From Candidatus Latescibacterota bacterium (GTDB taxonomy: Bacteria; Latescibacterota; UBA2968; UBA8231): a stretch of DNA of 64,000 bases. Under the pieces are notes generated by a model. That model made no database searches. It was not told the origin of the DNA and worked only from the letters and a program-made list of their open reading frames with translations. The stretch lies in the NCBI GenBank assembly GCA_965242865.1, contig CBDETK010000013.1, positions 2,880,001-2,944,000 on the forward strand, in the 5' to 3' direction. Position numbers and translations under genes: made by a program. Positions within the stretch are counted from its first letter, which is position 1. Every line of letters starts with the position of its first letter. Shown here piece by piece: positions 19,218 to 29,522 of the stretch.

Positions 19218-22065
19218 TAAGCCCTGCTTGTACTGTGACAAACGTCAAACCGCTGGTTTCGGTCTTGGCCTTCTGCGCGGCGCGCTCGATCTGCCGCTTG
19301 TCGATGCGAAGCCCCACTTGCGACATGAGCTTGTAGCCCAAGTACGAGGTCGTATTGGACAGTTGCACGGCCAAGGACGTCTCGTCGTAGTCCCCGGTGG
19401 GGTCGTCTGGGGCGACGGTGGCCTCGTCCACTGCCATGTCGCGGAAGCGCAAGTGCTCTGCGCCGAGTTGGACGACCGAGCGTTTCATAAAGGGCACCGT
19501 TACCAATACCGAGGCCAGCGCGCTCCAATCGCGCCGCTCGGCCGTGGGAGTCCCTAACTGCCGCTCGATATTGAACGGGGTGTCGTCCATGAACAGCTCC
19601 TGCTTGAGGCGCGGCAACGCGGTTATGCGGCCCAGTTGCACTGGGTACTCGGCCTTGTTGATCAGCCCCAAGCGCCGCGCATGGTGCTGCAAGGGGCGGC
19701 CATCGCGGTCAACGGCATCTTCTCGCCGCTGCTCGATGAATTCGTACAGCAGCTTGCTCTCGCTCTCGAAGCCATGGCGGCGGTACTCAGCACCGATCCA
19801 CAGCTTGTTGACCAAGGCATCGCCCATGCCCAGCGGATCGCGAATGGCGATCATGTTGCCCGAAGAAGGGCTCGGGCGGCCGAGCACGGGGCGCAGCTGA
19901 ATCCACTGGACCAAGTCTTCGGCGATCGCGTCGGCCACCCACTTGAACGCATTGTACGCCGTCAGCGTACCCAATCCGGCAAAGCTCTGCTCGTACGCAA
20001 GGAGGGCATAGTACGTGCGGTTGCGTGCGCCGGTCGTCGGCTTGCGCTCCCACACCCGTCCTGTCGTCAGCTTGAGCGCGGGCCGGAGGTCCGCGCTTAG
20101 ATAGGCGTTGTAGCCGCGCCGGTCGCGCTTGTACGGGTAGTCGGGCTCATCGTCGTTTTCAAAGCGGTCGCCCCAGCCATTGTTGTTCAAGTCGAGGGCA
20201 AAAAGATACTCGGGCCGATCGATGTGGTAGCGGAGAAAAGGCTCTTCGTAGTCGGGCAGAAAATTGGGACGCTCGCGCAGATCGTTTTGATTGAAGTCGG
20301 AAATGAAGTCGTTGTTCTCGTCGAGGCCCGGAAAGACCGCGTCGTCGGCAAAGCCCTCAAAGGTGCGGGCGCGGAGCCCGCGCTGGTCGGCGGTGCGGCC
20401 GTCGTCAAAGCGGCGCTTTTGGTCGTTGATGCGGTCGTTGTCGTCGTTGTCATCGACAAAGTCGTACCCGTGCCGCGCCCGCGCTTCGTCGTCGTTGGAC
20501 CAATCCACCCGACCGCTGCTATCGACAAAGCGCGGGCTCGTGTTGTACTCGGCGTCTAGGCCGAAGGCCTCGCCAAAAAAGAAAAACCGGGCGAAGCGAC
20601 GCGAGACCTTGAACATCCAGCCGAGGGCGGCGCGATCTCCGCCAATGCCCGAGGACGCCTGGTGCGTATCCCGCGTCCGCGTGGGGTACTGGGTGAATTG
20701 GTGGTTGACGTTGAGTTCGCCATACACGCGGAAGCCTGCCCAATCGTCGGCCTGTAGCGTCAGCCCGGCCACCTGCGTCGCGGTCGGCAGCCCGTAGTCG
20801 AAGACGACCGTCCGCTGGTTGGAGTTGTCCCAGACGTTGCCCTCGGCCCGGGCGACGGTGCGAAACTGCGGCTGCTCGCCGCTGGGGTTGTTGTCGGTCT
20901 GGCGGTTGGACGTGACTTCTACCTTGTAGTCGTTGCCCAACACCAAGCGGAAGCGCACCCGGCTGATCTGGTTGACCAAGTCCGCGCTCGGCACCACCGC
21001 CTCTAGGTCCAAGACCGCGGGATCGTCGTCGGAAAATGCGTATTCGAGCAAGATCTGGCTCGCCTCGCCCCGGCCCTCGGCCGTCAGAAAACCACCGCGC
21101 TCAATGCCGCCGACGATGCGCGGCGCAAAGCCAATCTGGCTGCCAATCAGCAAGGTGTCGCGCTCGCCGATCCGCGTCTCGATTTCAATATCGCTGCTAA
21201 AAAGCACGGCCCCACCGCCCCCATCTTCGGGCGAATCGTCGGTCAGCCGCACCACGATGCGGTCGATGCGTCCGTCGAGCTGGCCGCTCGTCAGCTTGCC
21301 CTTGAGCGGGTGGCCCTCAAAGCGGTCAGAGGCTGTCCGGCCGTTGTGCGCGTTGAGAAAGGTGCCGCCGATCCGCGTGGTAGCGCCGAGGGACCAGACC
21401 ACGCGCCCGCCGACGAGATTGGTGAAGTTGTCCTCTGTCACGGGAAAGGGGTCCGTGCGGAAAAGCGGCAGGTTGATCCGCGACATGAGCACGGTAGCTG
21501 TCAGGCGATCGGCCGCGTAGTTGAACATGACGCCATTGTACGCGGTCTTGCGAAAGGTCATGGGCGTCAGCATGGCGAAGATCTCGTCGCCGATGAGCAC
21601 GGAGAAATAGTGCTGGCCCTTGGCGTCGCCGGCAATGACCAAGTTGTTGAACCACGAACCGTATTGGCCGGCCTGCAAAATGCCCGAGCCGCCCGAGCCG
21701 GTCGGCTGGACCTGACGCCAGTCGTAGATCAACCAGCCCTTGTTCAAGAAGCGCCCATAGAGGTCGTAGAAGTACCCGCCCTCCAAAGCGGGATCGAGGT
21801 AGCGTCGATAGGGGTCGCGCGCGTAGTTGGTGTAGCTCCACTGCCGGCGGTACTCGCCGGCAACCTCGGCCGGCAGATACCATTTTTGCACGGAGGGATA
21901 GACCGCCTCCATGCACAGCCCGGTGCCGGCCGAATAGTACACGGGCTGGCCCGCTTCAATGCGGCCCAAGCGGTGGCCGTAGTCCGCGCGTTGGGCGTTG
22001 AGCGGCGCGGCCCAGAGCAGCGCGACCGAGCAGAGCGCGCCGACGCAGCGCAAGCGGGCGTTCAT
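19210..22065 (-). CDS. Large secreted acidic protein, putative outer-membrane beta-barrel (paralogue 2)
   Basis: Signal peptide; Asp/Asn-rich loops (DDNDDND, DENNDFISDFNQND, DLNNNGW); alternating C-terminal strands; clear paralogue of 22070-24826. Confidence 0.7.
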   Translation of the reverse strand: MNARLRCVGALCSVALLWAAPLNAQRADYGHRLGRIEAGQPVYYSAGTGLCMEAVYPSVQKWYLPAEVAGEYRRQWSYTNYARDPYRRYLDPALEGGYFYDLYGRFLNKGWLIYDWRQVQPTGSGGSGILQAGQYGSWFNNLVIAGDAKGQHYFSVLIGDEIFAMLTPMTFRKTAYNGVMFNYAADRLTATVLMSRINLPLFRTDPFPVTEDNFTNLVGGRVVWSLGATTRIGGTFLNAHNGRTASDRFEGHPLKGKLTSGQLDGRIDRIVVRLTDDSPEDGGGGAVLFSSDIEIETRIGERDTLLIGSQIGFAPRIVGGIERGGFLTAEGRGEASQILLEYAFSDDDPAVLDLEAVVPSADLVNQISRVRFRLVLGNDYKVEVTSNRQTDNNPSGEQPQFRTVARAEGNVWDNSNQRTVVFDYGLPTATQVAGLTLQADDWAGFRVYGELNVNHQFTQYPTRTRDTHQASSGIGGDRAALGWMFKVSRRFARFFFFGEAFGLDAEYNTSPRFVDSSGRVDWSNDDEARARHGYDFVDDNDDNDRINDQKRRFDDGRTADQRGLRARTFEGFADDAVFPGLDENNDFISDFNQNDLRERPNFLPDYEEPFLRYHIDRPEYLFALDLNNNGWGDRFENDDEPDYPYKRDRRGYNAYLSADLRPALKLTTGRVWERKPTTGARNRTYYALLAYEQSFAGLGTLTAYNAFKWVADAIAEDLVQWIQLRPVLGRPSPSSGNMIAIRDPLGMGDALVNKLWIGAEYRRHGFESESKLLYEFIEQRREDAVDRDGRPLQHHARRLGLINKAEYPVQLGRITALPRLKQELFMDDTPFNIERQLGTPTAERRDWSALASVLVTVPFMKRSVVQLGAEHLRFRDMAVDEATVAPDDPTGDYDETSLAVQLSNTTSYLGYKLMSQVGLRIDKRQIERAAQKAKTETSGLTFVTVQAGLSD

Positions 22066-22069
22066 GCCG

Positions 22070-24826
22070 CTACTCCAGCCCCGCGTACACGGTGATGAAA
22101 CTGGTGCTAAAGGCGCGGATTTCATGGGTCCGCTCCAAGCCTTCACTCCCGATGATCACCCGCTCCTCCCACAGGCGCGTGTAACTAAAGCCAAACTGCG
22201 TCGTCAGCCGGTAGCCCAAGTAGGAGCCAGCACTGGACCACTGCAGGGCCAGCACCAAGTTGCGGAAGTCGCCCGTAGGCCCGGCCGGGCCGTTGGCGAG
22301 CTGGTCGTCCTCATTGAGCACCAAGTCCCGGAACAGGGAAAATTCAACGCCTCCTTCCACCAGCGACTGGCTCAACAGCGGATGACTCAGCAGCAGGATG
22401 CCCGTGCCAACCCACTCCTCGCGGTCCTCGGCCCGCGCTTCGAGCGCGGTCTGGTTGAGATACTCGCTCTTGACCTTGGGCTGCAACCTAAAGCCGGCCA
22501 AGCCGCAGGTGTAATCCGCCTTATTGATCAATCCAATTAGGTGGCTGTCTGGGTTGAGCACCGGCCCTTTGACGCGGCTCGCGAACGCACGGCCCTGCTG
22601 CCAAAAACGCTCGTACTTGAACTTGTTGTGCGCGTTTAGGTTGTCGAGCGGCTGATAATCGAGCTGTACGTACGTCGTGTTGATCCACGTGTCCCGCGCG
22701 GGCAGGATGTCGCGCACCAGCGCGAGCGAATTGACTTCGAGGTGCGGCGTCATCTCTCGCCGGTCGTCGGCGATGTCGTCGGCGACGCGCCGCAGCATCT
22801 CAAAGGCCCGCAACCGCCCCCAAGTGAAGTCGCGGTCGTAGGTCAGCAGACCATACGTGGCGCGGTTGCGCCTATCGGAGGCCATGCTCTTTTCGCTCAA
22901 CCTGCCCAGCGTCAGCCGGGTGTGTGGATTGAGAAAGACTCCGGCGTACAGGTTGTATCCCCGGCGATCGGCCTTGTAGGGGTAGTCGGGCAAGTCGTCG
23001 TTTTCAAACCGGTCGATCCAACCATTGTTGTTTAGGTCGATGCCGAACAAAAACTCCGGGCGATCGGCCGCATAGCGGAAGAACGGTTCTTCGTAATCCG
23101 GGATGCGGTTGTTGAGAATGCGGTTGTCGTTTTGGTTGAAGTCGGAGACAAAGTCGTTGTTCTCGTCCCACCCCGGGAAGACGGCCACATCGCCGCCGCC
23201 CTGCGAGAAGCGGAACCAATCGGCCGAGCGGTCTTGGTCGTCGTTGTCGTCGACCAACTCGTACAGGGACATGCGCGGATTGTCGTAGGTAATGCCTCCG
23301 TTGTCATCTACGATAAACGAACTCGTCGAGTACGCTGGGTCTATGCTGTACGCCTCGCCGAAAAAGTAGAACGGGGCGGCCACTTTGGCGGCGTTGACCA
23401 TCCAAGCCTCGGCGTCGCGGGCATGCGTGGCCAGCGAGCGATCGGCGGCTTGGCGCGCCGGGTTGGGGTATTGGCTGTACGCCCGGCTGACATCGAATTC
23501 CGCGTAGAGGTCCACGCCCTTGATATCCGCGGCGTCCAAGGTGAAGCCGTAGATCAAGCGGGACGACGGCAGGCCGTAGTCAAAGACTACTCGCTGCTGA
23601 TTGGAATTGTCCTGCACATTGCCCTCGGCGCGGAGGACGTCGAACAACGCCGGGGACTGCTCCTCAATGTCTTGGCCGGTCAGCGGCAAGACCGGCAGGG
23701 CGTGGGTGCCCGTCTGCCGGTCGGACCAAACCTGCACCTTGTAGTCATTGGCCAAGACCAAGTCGAATTGCACGGCGACGATTTCCGAGGGACGCGGGCC
23801 GGTATAGGCAATATCCGCAAAGTCGTAGTTGATGACGATCCGCTCGTCGCCGTCGGCCGCTAAGGCCCCTTCCTTGGGGGCCCCGCCCGAGACTACGGGC
23901 CACCGCGCTGGATCGGCGACCACATCGCGGAGCCTAAATTGCTCGCGCTCGCCCGTATCGGGATTCTCGCTCGTCAACGCGATGTCGTGCGAAAACAGGG
24001 TGGCCCCGCCCCGCCCATCCTCGGGCGAGTCGTCGCTGAGGACTAGGGCTAGGCCCGATATGGGCAGGCTGCCCTGATTGGCCGCGAGGGTCCCGACAAA
24101 GGGGTTGCGCTCAAACGCATCGGCCACGGTGGTGGAGTTGCGCGCATTGACTAAGTTGGCCCCCACGGCCACGAAATCGCCGATCTGGACCACGGCGCGG
24201 CCAGCCATCAGGTTGGTGGCGTTGGAGACCGCGCTGGGGTCGTCGGGCGTACTGCCGATGACCGGGCGGCTCACCCGCGAAAAGAGCAGCGTGCCCTCGT
24301 ACTTGTCGGCCGCAAAGTCCATCTGCACGCCGCTGAAGGCCGGCTTGGAGAAGGTGAGCGGGGTCAGGGTCGTGCGGATGCGATCGCCCACCGTGATCGC
24401 ATAGTAGAACTGCCCCTGCGAGTCCGAGCTAATGGTGACCGCGTTGAACCAGTTGTTAAAGCGCTGGTCTTTGAAGATGGACGAACCAAACTGCACGGGC
24501 TGGTTTTGACTCCAGTCGTAGATGAGCCAGCCGCGCGTCAAATAGTTGCCGTACAGGTCGTAAAACGGAGAGCCTTCAATCGTGGTGCTGACGTAGCGTT
24601 CGTACGCGTCGCGGGCGTAGTTGGTGTACTGCCACTGCTGCCAACCATAGTCGGCAAACAGTTCCTGCGGCACGTACCAGCGCTGGACCGTGGGATCCAA
24701 CGCGTCGAAAAGCACCCCCGGCCCGCGCGGTTCGTAGGTAATCTCCGCTCCCCAGCGCCGGCCTTGGGCAGCTGCGCTCAGGGCCGCGACGACTAAGGCG
24801 GCGAGTATCCACCGTAGGTCTCTCAT
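22070..24826 (-). CDS. Large secreted acidic protein, putative outer-membrane beta-barrel (paralogue 1)
   Basis: Signal peptide; shares P.VQ.WY.P, YTNYARD.Y, GWLIYDW, TP.TF.K, DDSPEDG, PDYEEPF and PDYPYK motifs with 19210-22065; GGAGG RBS. Confidence 0.7.
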   Translation of the reverse strand: MRDLRWILAALVVAALSAAAQGRRWGAEITYEPRGPGVLFDALDPTVQRWYVPQELFADYGWQQWQYTNYARDAYERYVSTTIEGSPFYDLYGNYLTRGWLIYDWSQNQPVQFGSSIFKDQRFNNWFNAVTISSDSQGQFYYAITVGDRIRTTLTPLTFSKPAFSGVQMDFAADKYEGTLLFSRVSRPVIGSTPDDPSAVSNATNLMAGRAVVQIGDFVAVGANLVNARNSTTVADAFERNPFVGTLAANQGSLPISGLALVLSDDSPEDGRGGATLFSHDIALTSENPDTGEREQFRLRDVVADPARWPVVSGGAPKEGALAADGDERIVINYDFADIAYTGPRPSEIVAVQFDLVLANDYKVQVWSDRQTGTHALPVLPLTGQDIEEQSPALFDVLRAEGNVQDNSNQQRVVFDYGLPSSRLIYGFTLDAADIKGVDLYAEFDVSRAYSQYPNPARQAADRSLATHARDAEAWMVNAAKVAAPFYFFGEAYSIDPAYSTSSFIVDDNGGITYDNPRMSLYELVDDNDDQDRSADWFRFSQGGGDVAVFPGWDENNDFVSDFNQNDNRILNNRIPDYEEPFFRYAADRPEFLFGIDLNNNGWIDRFENDDLPDYPYKADRRGYNLYAGVFLNPHTRLTLGRLSEKSMASDRRNRATYGLLTYDRDFTWGRLRAFEMLRRVADDIADDRREMTPHLEVNSLALVRDILPARDTWINTTYVQLDYQPLDNLNAHNKFKYERFWQQGRAFASRVKGPVLNPDSHLIGLINKADYTCGLAGFRLQPKVKSEYLNQTALEARAEDREEWVGTGILLLSHPLLSQSLVEGGVEFSLFRDLVLNEDDQLANGPAGPTGDFRNLVLALQWSSAGSYLGYRLTTQFGFSYTRLWEERVIIGSEGLERTHEIRAFSTSFITVYAGLE

Positions 24827-24840
24827 TAGACCCTCCCTAA

Positions 24841-27006
24841 TTAGTACACCAACTCGACGACGCGGACCGCGCTTTCGCCGCCCGCATCGCTAGCCAACGT
24901 CACGCGCACCAAGTAAATGCCCGGCGGTAGCGCGGCCCCATTTCCATCGGCCCCGTCCCAAGGCATGGCGTACGAACCGCCGCCTTGGCGACCGGAGAAT
25001 AGCCGGCGCACCCGGCGGCCGGCCAAATCGACGATTTCTACGTCCACCGGGGCCGGGCTGACCAACCGGCTCAGATCGTAATGCACGTGCGTTGCGTCGT
25101 TGATGCCATCGCCGTTGGGGCTAAAGGGCCGAGGTTCGGAGCGCACGTTGATCAGCAGGGGGCTGCTGCCAGCCAGCGGCACATCGACCGAAAGGCCCCG
25201 GTTCGTGGCCGAGCCAACAGCCACTCGATCTTCATCGCCCGGGGCCAACGCAGCCACGTTGCCGGCGACGACCTCCTGCCCCACGTCGCCCTCGGCGCTG
25301 TTGAAGGCAAAACCGGCGAACTTGGTGCCGTAGCGCAACACGCGGCTGCGAAAGCGAATTTTGAGCTGGGCCGTCTGCCCGGTCGCCAACTCGCTTTCGG
25401 CAATGAGGGGAAAGCGCACGCGAAAGCGACGTGCTGAGATCGACTCAATGGCAAAGCGTCCGCTCGCGTCGGTCGCTGGCAGCACCGCGAGGTCAGCCCC
25501 TGAAAAGTCCGCGGCCTCGACCCGCCCATCGGCCTCGACGACTTCGACGGACTCAATGGCCTCGACCCGCACCGGCGTGGCGATCTCAAACCCGTCAAAG
25601 CCCGTATCTATGCCGGGCCGAATGGAAGTCGGCATCACCGCATAGACGAAATCCACTGGCTCGCCCAACTCGACCTGCCGCGGAAAAATTTCTCCGAGAA
25701 TCTGCGCGGCCGGCGGCGGCGTTGCCACGGTGAAGGCCAGCGGGCCGATGCCGGTGGCCGCCTCCAAGTCCTCGCTGAGAAAGTCGATGCGGAACTGGAT
25801 GTACCGCCTAGGTCCCAGCGAGACAATCGGTACGCCCAATTGGCTGTCCTCGATTTCTGTCTCGGTCAACAGGGCCCCCAATTCGTAGGGCGAGGACCAC
25901 GGGCTCCAAGCGTCTAGGTCGGCCACCACATTGCCCCGCTCGGCCCCCAAGCCCTTGTAGTCGTCCAGCGACAGGGAGAGGGCGTTGCGCTCGGCTAGCG
26001 GCAGGGCCCCAAAGAGCGCCCGCGCTCGCTCCAGCTCGACGCGGTCGAGCTGGAGCTCGCCGCCCTCGGTCTCAACCGCGGCATTCTTTTTCCACGGCAC
26101 CTCGACTTGGGTCCCTTCAAAAAAGAAGCGGCGGGTATAGACTAAGGGACTGTCGTCCAAGCCCGTGCGGGTGCGGACGCGCACACTCGAAAAACCAGCC
26201 GGGCCGACGCTTTCCTCTACCCAGCGAATGGTCCCCCACAAGCCCAAATCTGGGCCGAGGTCGAATATGTTGGATAGGTATTCGGCCGTGGGCACGAAGC
26301 CGGTGCCAAAGACGCGGAACTCGGCGATTTCAAAACCGCTGCTGGTGCGCGACTGCAAGCGAATGAAGCGCACAAATTGAGGGGGAATGCTCAGGTTGAC
26401 CAGCGCGTCTTGGTTGGCCGCATCCAACCGAACCGAGCGCCATTCCGGGCCGCCGGCACCTTGGGTCTCCTCGCTGCCATCGTTGAAAAACAGCTCGTAG
26501 CCGCGGATGAAGTCCTCTTGAAAAGGCGCGGCCGGAAACTCTGGGTGGCCATTGCGCGGGAAAAACTGGACGCGCTGGACCCCAAAGCGCGCGCCGAGGT
26601 CAAAGTCCATGGCCATGCCGCGAATGACGGCCACGTTCTTGCGCTCCAAGGCCGTTTCCCCGTCGCCGTCAATCATCGTCGCGAGCTGCTGCTCAATGCC
26701 CGCTTCGAGCACCGTCGGCGAGGAGACCGAGCCGCCGCGCCCGAGGATGCCGAGGGCTAGGTTGGTGCCTTCGACGACGTTCTGCGGAAAAATCCAACCC
26801 ACCCGTCCCGCGGGGTCAAAGTCGATCACCCCGCCCGGGGTGTTGCCGCGCTCAACGTCTCGGGCCCCGGTCGGAAAGATCGCCTGGATCTGGCCGCCGC
26901 CGTCTTGCCAAGACGAGCCGCTCGCGCCGCCGATGGCAATGCTCCGCGTCTCGGCCCTGCCTTGCAGGGCCGCTAGCAACAGCAGCGCGATCGACAACCC
27001 GTACAT
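24841..27006 (-). CDS. Secreted protein with discoidin-like domain and C-terminal FlgD-Ig/type-B CTD-like domain
   Basis: Signal peptide MYGLSIALLL; FDLG..RFIRL..IAEFRVFG; C-terminal FSPNGDGIND...DLAGRRVR...WDG...PGIYL. Confidence 0.8.
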   Translation of the reverse strand: MYGLSIALLLLAALQGRAETRSIAIGGASGSSWQDGGGQIQAIFPTGARDVERGNTPGGVIDFDPAGRVGWIFPQNVVEGTNLALGILGRGGSVSSPTVLEAGIEQQLATMIDGDGETALERKNVAVIRGMAMDFDLGARFGVQRVQFFPRNGHPEFPAAPFQEDFIRGYELFFNDGSEETQGAGGPEWRSVRLDAANQDALVNLSIPPQFVRFIRLQSRTSSGFEIAEFRVFGTGFVPTAEYLSNIFDLGPDLGLWGTIRWVEESVGPAGFSSVRVRTRTGLDDSPLVYTRRFFFEGTQVEVPWKKNAAVETEGGELQLDRVELERARALFGALPLAERNALSLSLDDYKGLGAERGNVVADLDAWSPWSSPYELGALLTETEIEDSQLGVPIVSLGPRRYIQFRIDFLSEDLEAATGIGPLAFTVATPPPAAQILGEIFPRQVELGEPVDFVYAVMPTSIRPGIDTGFDGFEIATPVRVEAIESVEVVEADGRVEAADFSGADLAVLPATDASGRFAIESISARRFRVRFPLIAESELATGQTAQLKIRFRSRVLRYGTKFAGFAFNSAEGDVGQEVVAGNVAALAPGDEDRVAVGSATNRGLSVDVPLAGSSPLLINVRSEPRPFSPNGDGINDATHVHYDLSRLVSPAPVDVEIVDLAGRRVRRLFSGRQGGGSYAMPWDGADGNGAALPPGIYLVRVTLASDAGGESAVRVVELVY

Positions 27007-27017
27007 CGCAACCCCCC

Positions 27018-29510
27018 TCAATACGCCACGTGAACGAGGCGGTACCTCGCAGTGCGGTCCACGCGGGAGTCGTCGTTGGGCACCACGCCCACTTCTAACA
27101 GGTACAAGCCGGGGGCGACCAGCGCGCCGGCTTGGTCCTCGCACGACCAGCGCAGGGCGTACTCGCCGCTGACTAAGGGGCGCGTCTCCCGCCAGTGCCG
27201 AATCAGGCGGCCCGCTAGATCGTAAATCCGCACGTGGAGCGGCTGAGTGCCGGTCAGCTTGGTGACCGCGAATGAGAACGCCAGCTCGTCGTTGATCCCA
27301 TCGCCATTCGGCGTTGCGATCGCACGGCCCACGCTCAGATCGCCCAGCACGTGGCGCCCGCCTTTGGGGCCGACCAACAGCATCCCCTGCCCGGGCGTCA
27401 ACTCTGTTGCATCCGCTGGATCGACCCGCTGCCAAGAATTTTCAAGAGCCGAATGGCCCAACGACGCCTTGAACACGGCCCCGGGCAGGTAGAGGGCGGT
27501 GGCGAATTGCACCTCTAGCAGATCGGCTGCGGACGGGCCGATGACCTCGTTTAGGCGCACCCACAACGTGTCGGGCGCGGTTGCCACGACTTCGGCCGAG
27601 GTCGCTGGTTCCGCGTGTTCCCATTGAGCTTCGCGCCCCAGTCGCAGGCCGCCAAACTCCAAGGCCATGTTGTCCGGTGCCCTGATCTGCACTTGGTCAA
27701 ACCCCATGCTCTGGGGCGCGAAACTCGGTTTGATGAACAGCGAAAGCTCCTGCTGCTCGCCCAACTTGCCGACGACGCTGGGGGCGATCTCACCCAAAAG
27801 CCGGCGGGCCAGCGGCTCGACGAAGTGGAGCCGAATGGAGCGCAGCACAGCGGCGCGGTGGGGGTCATCCGAAAGCAAGCGGGCCTTGAGCAGCAGAAAT
27901 TGGCGCGGGCTCGGCGAAGTGATCGCCGCCCCGGACGCCTCGTAGGGCAAGCTCCACGCGCTCCAGTCGGCGCCGGGGGCTTCCGTCGTGTCAATCCGCC
28001 CTTTGCTGAAAAAGCCCAAGCCGGCGTAGGCCTCGGCCGAAACCTCGCCCCCGCCGCTGTTGAAATAGCGGTACTCTTCGACCAACTCGTTGCCGGTGCG
28101 CGTCTGAATTTCGATAAAGGTCCCCCGGGCGGCGTCGCCATCCCAGTCAATCGAGACCAAGTTTTTCGAGCCGCCCAAGCGAATGAGCGGCGAAACCAAC
28201 TCGACCTCCGGCTGAAAGCCCTCGCCGTAGAACTGCACCTCGCGCGGCTTGAACTGCCCCCCTCCCCAGAACAAAATCCGCGCAAAGCGCGTGTGCGCCG
28301 GCGCGAACGTATCCACGTCGTACACGTCTCCGGTAAAGTGGCCCGAAGTGGCGCGATTGCGCCGCGCCACCTGCGTCGTCCACACCAGCGAGCCGTCCGC
28401 GGCCAGCGAGCCATCCGAGGTCTGTAGATCGTAATTGGGGAAGCGGCTGCGCTGGCGATCGTAGTAAATCTGCTGCCGATCGATCCAGAAGGAAGAGCCT
28501 AAGTCGAAGAATAACTCCCGCACCTCGTCGGTGCTGGTAAAGGCCAAGGAGGTCTCAAACAGGCCATCGAAGAAGACCGTCGCCGGGGCGTTGTCCAAGA
28601 AGGTGAGCAGCGCGACGCCTTTGCGCTCGGCCAATCCGAGCGAGATGTTTTCCCCGAGCGTCTGAACCTCTAATTCGGCCAGTCGGGGCCGCTCGCGGCG
28701 GTAGCGGCGGATCGCACCGCGCAACGCGGGATCGACCACCTCGTACGTGGCCTCGCTGACCTGCACTTGGCCGGCGCCGGCCTTTTTGTAAAAATCCACC
28801 GCGCCCCGATCCACGGCCGCTAGCTGGTCGTATTGTTCGGCCGCCACCTCTGCTGCGCGCGTACTATCCGTGTCGGTGATCGTCACGCGCACGAAGCGGA
28901 TGTAGTCGCTCTCCATGCGCCCTTCTCGGTCAAAGCGCGTGGGGTGTAGCTCAATGGCAAATTCTCGTTGGTCCTTGTTCGACTTCAAGGTGCGAAAGAC
29001 CGGGTTGAATCGGCGCTGACCTTTTGTTACCTCGCGTCCGTCCGAGGTCAAAACCGCGAATTGCAGAAAGGGATCGCCCAGCTCCGCGCCGACGAATTTG
29101 AGCCGGATGTGGGTGGCCGCTACCAGCCGTCCCAAATCGACCTCAAACCACCACTGGCGCACTGGGCTGGCCGGGTCGGGCTCCCAATAGGTGCTCAAGT
29201 CCCCGTCGAAAAGACGAGCTAGGTCCGCGGCCCGAGTGCCCGCGCTGAGGGCATCGAGCAGGGTTGCGTCCTCCGAGCCTTTGCCGCGCTTGATAAACGC
29301 CGCAATGTCTGACGTGGCCAGTGTGTTCTTGGCCACGAAGTGGGGACGCACGGCCCCGGTTTCGTCTAGATCGAGCGCACCGGCGGGAAAAGTCCACTGC
29401 TGCCAGTGGGTCGGCCGATCGACGACGACCTCGTTCCCGGCGATGGTATGGCCCTGTCCCCAAGCGGCGACCACGCCCCAGATGCTCAGCAACCACGCAG
29501 CATTCAACAA
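27018..29510 (-). CDS. Secreted protein with discoidin-like domains and C-terminal FlgD-Ig/type-B CTD-like domain
   Basis: TTG start with GGAG RBS; LFDGDLSTYW, VDLGR; C-terminal TPNGDGIND...IYDLAGR...PGLYL...VAY. Confidence 0.8.
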   Translation of the reverse strand: MLNAAWLLSIWGVVAAWGQGHTIAGNEVVVDRPTHWQQWTFPAGALDLDETGAVRPHFVAKNTLATSDIAAFIKRGKGSEDATLLDALSAGTRAADLARLFDGDLSTYWEPDPASPVRQWWFEVDLGRLVAATHIRLKFVGAELGDPFLQFAVLTSDGREVTKGQRRFNPVFRTLKSNKDQREFAIELHPTRFDREGRMESDYIRFVRVTITDTDSTRAAEVAAEQYDQLAAVDRGAVDFYKKAGAGQVQVSEATYEVVDPALRGAIRRYRRERPRLAELEVQTLGENISLGLAERKGVALLTFLDNAPATVFFDGLFETSLAFTSTDEVRELFFDLGSSFWIDRQQIYYDRQRSRFPNYDLQTSDGSLAADGSLVWTTQVARRNRATSGHFTGDVYDVDTFAPAHTRFARILFWGGGQFKPREVQFYGEGFQPEVELVSPLIRLGGSKNLVSIDWDGDAARGTFIEIQTRTGNELVEEYRYFNSGGGEVSAEAYAGLGFFSKGRIDTTEAPGADWSAWSLPYEASGAAITSPSPRQFLLLKARLLSDDPHRAAVLRSIRLHFVEPLARRLLGEIAPSVVGKLGEQQELSLFIKPSFAPQSMGFDQVQIRAPDNMALEFGGLRLGREAQWEHAEPATSAEVVATAPDTLWVRLNEVIGPSAADLLEVQFATALYLPGAVFKASLGHSALENSWQRVDPADATELTPGQGMLLVGPKGGRHVLGDLSVGRAIATPNGDGINDELAFSFAVTKLTGTQPLHVRIYDLAGRLIRHWRETRPLVSGEYALRWSCEDQAGALVAPGLYLLEVGVVPNDDSRVDRTARYRLVHVAY

Positions 29511-29522
29511 GGCTCCTACTCC

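Noticed and set aside
27007-27435. Long N-terminal extension of the 24841 ORF (likewise 31479-31754 and 22066-22146)
   Set aside because: Overlaps the upstream genes; downstream starts have RBS and signal peptides
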